Below, piece after piece: positions 59,776 through 64,000 of a stretch of DNA of 64,000 nucleotides (the stretch's first letter is position 1; each line of letters starts with the position of its first letter). Source of the stretch: Candidatus Thorarchaeota archaeon (GTDB lineage: Archaea > Asgardarchaeota > Thorarchaeia > Thorarchaeales > Thorarchaeaceae); assembly GCA_046482545.1 (NCBI GenBank), contig JAWOEX010000024.1, forward strand, positions 51,879 through 115,878, given 5' to 3'. Position numbers and translations under genes: made by a program. The notes beneath the pieces were generated by a model, which had not been told where the DNA came from, searched no databases, and worked only from the letters and a program-made list of their open reading frames with translations.

Positions 59776-61803
59776 ATGCTTCATTATGAGCCGACTATTT
59801 GTCCGTATTGTAGCTGTGGTTGCGGACTATATCTGGTGATCAAGGACGGCAAAATCATCGGTCAAGAGCCATGGAAAGAACACCCGGTGAACGAGGGGAG
59901 CAATTGTCCCAAGGGAATGAACGCCTATCAGTTCTTGTATGCTGAAGATAGGCTGACAACACCACTCATAAGAAAGAATGGTGAGTTGAAGGAAAGTACA
60001 TGGGACGAGGTTCTTGATTTAATCGCAACCACATTAGGAAACACCAAATCAGAAGACTTTGGTATGCTGGCGTCTGGTAAGAATACAAATGAAGATGCAT
60101 ACGTATTGCAGAAGTTCACTCGATTGATAATGGGAACCAATAATATCGAATACTGTGGTCGTCTGTGTCATTCACCCAGTGCGGCGGGTCTAAGTTCAAC
60201 AGTAGGATCTGGTGTCATGCCGATTTCTGAACTAGATATTGACAAAGCTGATTGTATTTTCTTGGCTGGAATCAATCCGAAAGAAACATTTCCTATGATA
60301 ACAAGGAGAATACTGCGTGCAAAAAAGAAAGGAGCAAAAGTAATCGTATTGGACCCGAGAAAGTCAGTCACTGCAAAAGACTTGGCTGACCTTCACCTTC
60401 AGCACAAATCTGGAACGGACATTGCAGTACTCAATGCTATGATGAAAACTATCCTTGAGGAGGGGCTGGAAGACAAGGAATTCATCAGTTCAAGAACAAA
60501 GGGAATAGATGACCTAAAATCTTACCTTTCTTCTCTCCATTTCACTGAATTGGAGAAAATTTCGGGGGTATCCGTTCAAGAAATGCAACAGGCAGCCCAG
60601 TGGATAGCAGAGGCTAATACCTGCAGTTTGGTTTTCAACCAAGGACTCAACCAGCATTCATCAGGCTCAGAAAACGTCAAAGCCATTTCTACTCTTGCAC
60701 TATTGACGGGACAATACGGAAGAGCAGGTGCTGGGGCGTGTCCCACTCGCGGGCAAATCAATGGGGAGGGCACAGGCGATATGGGTTGCTTGAATGTGTT
60801 CTATCCTGGATTCAAGAAAGTAGGTACAGGCGCTCATGAGATATTTGAGGAACTTTGGGGAGTGGCTGATTTACCTTCAGAACCTGGCCTACCATATACC
60901 AAACTGCTACAGGAAACCAAGTTTCTATGGGTTGTAGGAACCAATCCAGTCATGGCGGCTCCGGATGCCAATACAGTAAAGAAAGCCCTACAAGAGAAGG
61001 ATTTGTTTATCGTGCAAGATATCTTTCTCAATGAGACCGCTGAGTTAGCAGATGTTGTGCTACCAGCAGCAACATGGGTAGAACGGCAAGGAGTCCATGC
61101 CTACATTGACAGACGAGTACAGAAGATAAACAAAATAGTGGAGCCACCAGGAGAAGCGAAACCAGACTGGTGGATTGTTTGCCAAATTGCAGAAAGAATG
61201 GGATATGGAAACAACTTTGACTTTTCTTCTTCAGAGGAAATATTTGAGGAGATAAGGCAGTGTGTCCCTTCATACAGCGGCATAACCTATGCAAGACTTG
61301 ATGATACCATAGGAGGTATTCAGTGGCCATGTCCTAGTGAAGAGCACACTGGAACACCCACCTTCTTTACTGAGAAGTTCAATACCCCGGATGGTTTAGG
61401 CCACCTTCAAACAGTTGGGTGTACATCTCCCGCTGAAACCCCGGATGATGACTACCCGTACACCCTAACAACTGGCAGAAGTATCTTCCATTATCATACC
61501 GGCACGATGAGTCGAAGGACTCCGAAGCTCGATAATGAGGTTCCAAAATGCTTCTGTCAGATTAACCCAAAGGATGCAAACGTGGAAGGGATTGAAGATG
61601 AGGACTTGGTTGTTCTAAGTACCAGGCGCGGCAGTATAGATGCAGTAGCTCACTTAACGGAAGAGGTACCGAAAGGGATGCTGTTTGTTCCTATTCATTT
61701 TGGTGAATCAAATGCCAATGAACTAACAAATCCCGTATTAGATCCGGCGTGCGGGATGCCGGAGTACAAAGTTTCCGCTGCTAGAATCGAGGGAGAAAAA
61801 TGA
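59776..61803 (+). CDS. fdhA: Formate dehydrogenase alpha subunit (Cys-type Mo/W-bisPGD)
   Basis: CPYCSCGC...CPKG, active-site RLCHSPS, RGQ, VQDIFLNETA..ADVVLPAA, LTTGR..HYHTG and PEYK motifs. Confidence 0.92.
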   Translation: MLHYEPTICPYCSCGCGLYLVIKDGKIIGQEPWKEHPVNEGSNCPKGMNAYQFLYAEDRLTTPLIRKNGELKESTWDEVLDLIATTLGNTKSEDFGMLASGKNTNEDAYVLQKFTRLIMGTNNIEYCGRLCHSPSAAGLSSTVGSGVMPISELDIDKADCIFLAGINPKETFPMITRRILRAKKKGAKVIVLDPRKSVTAKDLADLHLQHKSGTDIAVLNAMMKTILEEGLEDKEFISSRTKGIDDLKSYLSSLHFTELEKISGVSVQEMQQAAQWIAEANTCSLVFNQGLNQHSSGSENVKAISTLALLTGQYGRAGAGACPTRGQINGEGTGDMGCLNVFYPGFKKVGTGAHEIFEELWGVADLPSEPGLPYTKLLQETKFLWVVGTNPVMAAPDANTVKKALQEKDLFIVQDIFLNETAELADVVLPAATWVERQGVHAYIDRRVQKINKIVEPPGEAKPDWWIVCQIAERMGYGNNFDFSSSEEIFEEIRQCVPSYSGITYARLDDTIGGIQWPCPSEEHTGTPTFFTEKFNTPDGLGHLQTVGCTSPAETPDDDYPYTLTTGRSIFHYHTGTMSRRTPKLDNEVPKCFCQINPKDANVEGIEDEDLVVLSTRRGSIDAVAHLTEEVPKGMLFVPIHFGESNANELTNPVLDPACGMPEYKVSAARIEGEK

Positions 61804-63044
61804 ACGAAGATATGTATTTGGTTTGTTCTTCAGACACTAACAGAGCTAACAAGGGGGAACACGGTGGTGCTGTTACCTCCATCCTGAAGTTTGTGTTAGA
61901 AACAGGATTGGTTGATGGCGTGGTCGCGGTAAAGGCTATGAATGGTGACAGATATGCAGGAGTACCAGTTCTGATTACAGAATCGGAAAAACTGGATGAT
62001 ACTGCCGGATCACTTCATTGTTCCACTCCGAATATTGCTCGCTTTGTGAAGACGTACCTTGATGAATTCTCTATCACAAGTTTGGGTATAGTAGGCAAAC
62101 CCTGTGACATCAGAGCAATCATAGAATTAAAGAAGAGAAACCAGATTGAATTGGACAAGCTGATTCTCGTAGGGTTGAACTGCACAGGATCTCTCTCACC
62201 AACAATAGCCAAAGAGATGGCCATCAATGAATTTGAAGTCAATCCAAACGAAATTGTGATGGAAGACATAGATGATGATGAGTTAGTCATCACGCTTAAA
62301 GATGGAACCGAGAGATTTAGGCCTCTCTCAGAGCTTGAAGAGAAGGGTTATGGACGCCGAGAGAACTGCAGAAGGTGTGAATTCAATATCCCAACGATGG
62401 CGGACCTTGCCTGTGGAAAGTGGGGAACTGAGAACATCGCTGGCCACTGGACCTTTGTTGAGGCATGTTCTGATACAGGTAAGGCATTGATACAAGAAGC
62501 TGCAGAAAACGGCTTCATTCAGGTCAAATCTCCTGATAAGCAGAGTATTGAAATTCGTGAGAACAAGAATCAAGCCGAAATCGAACATGCGCAGCAATGG
62601 ATTGAACGTGATTTGAAACCTTTGGAGAATCTGAGTCAACAAGAGAGATTCGACTATTGGATAAGTGAGTTTAGAAAGTGCGTGAAATGTTTTGGATGTA
62701 GGGAGGCTTGTCCAATCTGTTATTGTGACCACTGCGTCCTAGAGGCGGATAGAGGTTATCTGGAAAAGGGCGTCGTACCCCCAAATGCTTTGTTTCCATT
62801 GACTCGACTCTCGCATGTTGCTGATTCTTGTGTCAACTGTGGTCAGTGCCAAGACGTATGTCCAGTAGAATTGCCCCTGTCTAAATTGTTCACAATTCTA
62901 CACAGAAGACTCAGCGATGTGTTTCAGTATACGCCGGGTATTGATGTGGAAGAACACCCACCAGTCATAGGTATAACGGATGAAGAAAGTAGCGTGGATG
63001 ATACATTCCTAGACCTCTCTTCGATAGAGTCTCATAAACGGTAA
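61800..63044 (+). CDS. fdhB: F420-reducing formate dehydrogenase beta subunit (FrhB family)
   Basis: GGAVT, GSLHC, KPCD, GLNC, RRENCRRC, CGKWG and two C-terminal ferredoxin motifs. Confidence 0.9.
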   Translation: MNEDMYLVCSSDTNRANKGEHGGAVTSILKFVLETGLVDGVVAVKAMNGDRYAGVPVLITESEKLDDTAGSLHCSTPNIARFVKTYLDEFSITSLGIVGKPCDIRAIIELKKRNQIELDKLILVGLNCTGSLSPTIAKEMAINEFEVNPNEIVMEDIDDDELVITLKDGTERFRPLSELEEKGYGRRENCRRCEFNIPTMADLACGKWGTENIAGHWTFVEACSDTGKALIQEAAENGFIQVKSPDKQSIEIRENKNQAEIEHAQQWIERDLKPLENLSQQERFDYWISEFRKCVKCFGCREACPICYCDHCVLEADRGYLEKGVVPPNALFPLTRLSHVADSCVNCGQCQDVCPVELPLSKLFTILHRRLSDVFQYTPGIDVEEHPPVIGITDEESSVDDTFLDLSSIESHKR

Positions 63045-63494
63045 AGTCTTTCCCATAGCAGGGGGAACAAAGAAGAAGCGCACTCTTACCCGATGGCTGT
63101 TGAAGCGAGAGATTCGAAAATACTACCTCCAGTTCCAACTGCTCATCAGCAGATTGTACGAGGGGTTGCGGTAGCTTGTGAAAAAGGTCAGTTGACTGAA
63201 GAGAGAAAACAAGAAGATTGCGAACACTAACCGTTTGTTGAAAATAATCTGTGTTCTATCTTATTTCTCATTTGAATTATATTGAACTATTATCAAAAAG
63301 AAGATCTCAATTGACTTGTTGAGGGTCACTAGAACACGTGTAACAAATTTTGCATTAATTTGAGCCTAGAATGCCCGGCACCTTGTCCTTCATCGCAATC
63401 ACGCAAGCGTTAGTATTCGCAGTTGTGGAATTTCAGTTACTGCCAACCAGCTCTAATTCACTGCTTATACCGCCACGCCAATTCTTAAAGATAG

Positions 63495-63842
63495 ATGACA
63501 ATACCAGAAGATTACCACTTTGGATCGATGAAGATGAAAGACTGGTGTGTTATGATTGGTGGACCTTGTCGTGGCAAGAATTGCGATTTTTGGGCGCAAA
63601 TCAAAATCAAGAAGAAGCCAGTTGAGGAAATGGTTGAAGATATTCTCACTAGAGTGGAAACTCAGAATGAAGAAAGTTTTCCCACACCTAAAGAGACCAT
63701 TCAAGAGTACTGGGATTGTCTTGGTGTCAAGAACCTGAATCGGCTTCGCAAGGAAAAACCTGAGATTTTTGCGAAGATGAAGGAAGTGGAGCAGCTGGTT
63801 CTCAATCGAATCCAGAGAGTTAGAAATCTTACAAAATCCTAA
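63495..63842 (+). CDS. Hypothetical protein with N-terminal C-x6-C-x4-C-x2-W motif
   Basis: 115-aa ORF with ATG start. Confidence 0.6.
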   Translation: MTIPEDYHFGSMKMKDWCVMIGGPCRGKNCDFWAQIKIKKKPVEEMVEDILTRVETQNEESFPTPKETIQEYWDCLGVKNLNRLRKEKPEIFAKMKEVEQLVLNRIQRVRNLTKS

Positions 63843-63949
63843 ATAAATCGGCACATAGAAGTGTAAAATATCTGTAAGATTTCCTGTATGCCTTCTTATG
63901 ACCAAGGGCGAGGGGAGTTTATTAGGCCTAGTAAGAAATCCGAGTCTAG

Positions 63950-64000
63950 TAGGACTAGGGCGGTGGGCCACTCCCAGCGGGGTACGAGCCCAGCCCCGAA
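63950..64000. ncRNA. Edge of a possible structured RNA gene (SRP RNA is one candidate), truncated by the window end
   Basis: Abrupt GC-rich non-coding stretch GGACTAGGGCGGTGGGCCACTCCCAGCGGGGTACGAGCCCAGCCCCGAA after an AT-rich spacer. Confidence 0.25.

Noticed and set aside
63465-63971. 168-aa minus-strand ORF, and the many other antisense ORFs in the track (e.g. 28152-28658, 35788-36309)
   Set aside because: They are shadows of well-supported genes on the opposite strand or frame and have no motifs.
1-64000. CRISPR array, transposase/IS, integrase, tRNA or rRNA
   Set aside because: No periodic repeats, DDE/Y-recombinase motifs or tRNA/rRNA consensus sequences were recognised by eye; tRNAscan-SE and CRISPR finders would be decisive.

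Overview
Gene-dense archaeal chromosomal segment, almost certainly from an Asgard archaeon and most like Thorarchaeia. The assignment is inferred from a bona fide actin, a two-domain gelsolin, archaeal TATA/RBS signals and the archaeal gene set; it is not a database result. Main contents: (1) a Complex I-like group 4 [NiFe]-hydrogenase locus split into three blocks around 2-oxoacid:ferredoxin oxidoreductase beta/gamma genes (1-10.4 kb); (2) a BcrC/BadD/HgdB-family dehydratase/reductase pair plus ATPase activator, divergent from an acyl-CoA ligase; (3) housekeeping and regulatory genes (RNase Z, HAM1, TrmB, Lrp, Sua5/THUMP/Cgi121, hutH/hutI); (4) an hdrCB / ferredoxin-AOR / fwdF-hdrA::mvhD cluster and a separate mvhD-fdhA-fdhB operon; (5) eukaryote-signature genes (actin, 2-domain gelsolin, a cytoplasmic FG-GAP/BBS2-like propeller). 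The most unusual items are a coupled wHTH-CARF (inverted Csa3-like) plus dsRBD-less RNase III operon divergent from actin, an ATPase-dead full-length MCM paralogue overlapping a solitary DNA methyltransferase, and a stand-alone primase-large-subunit Fe-S-like protein. No tRNA, rRNA, CRISPR array, transposase or in-frame Sec codon was recognised. Several spacers contain decayed gene remnants. All family calls come from motif recognition by eye.
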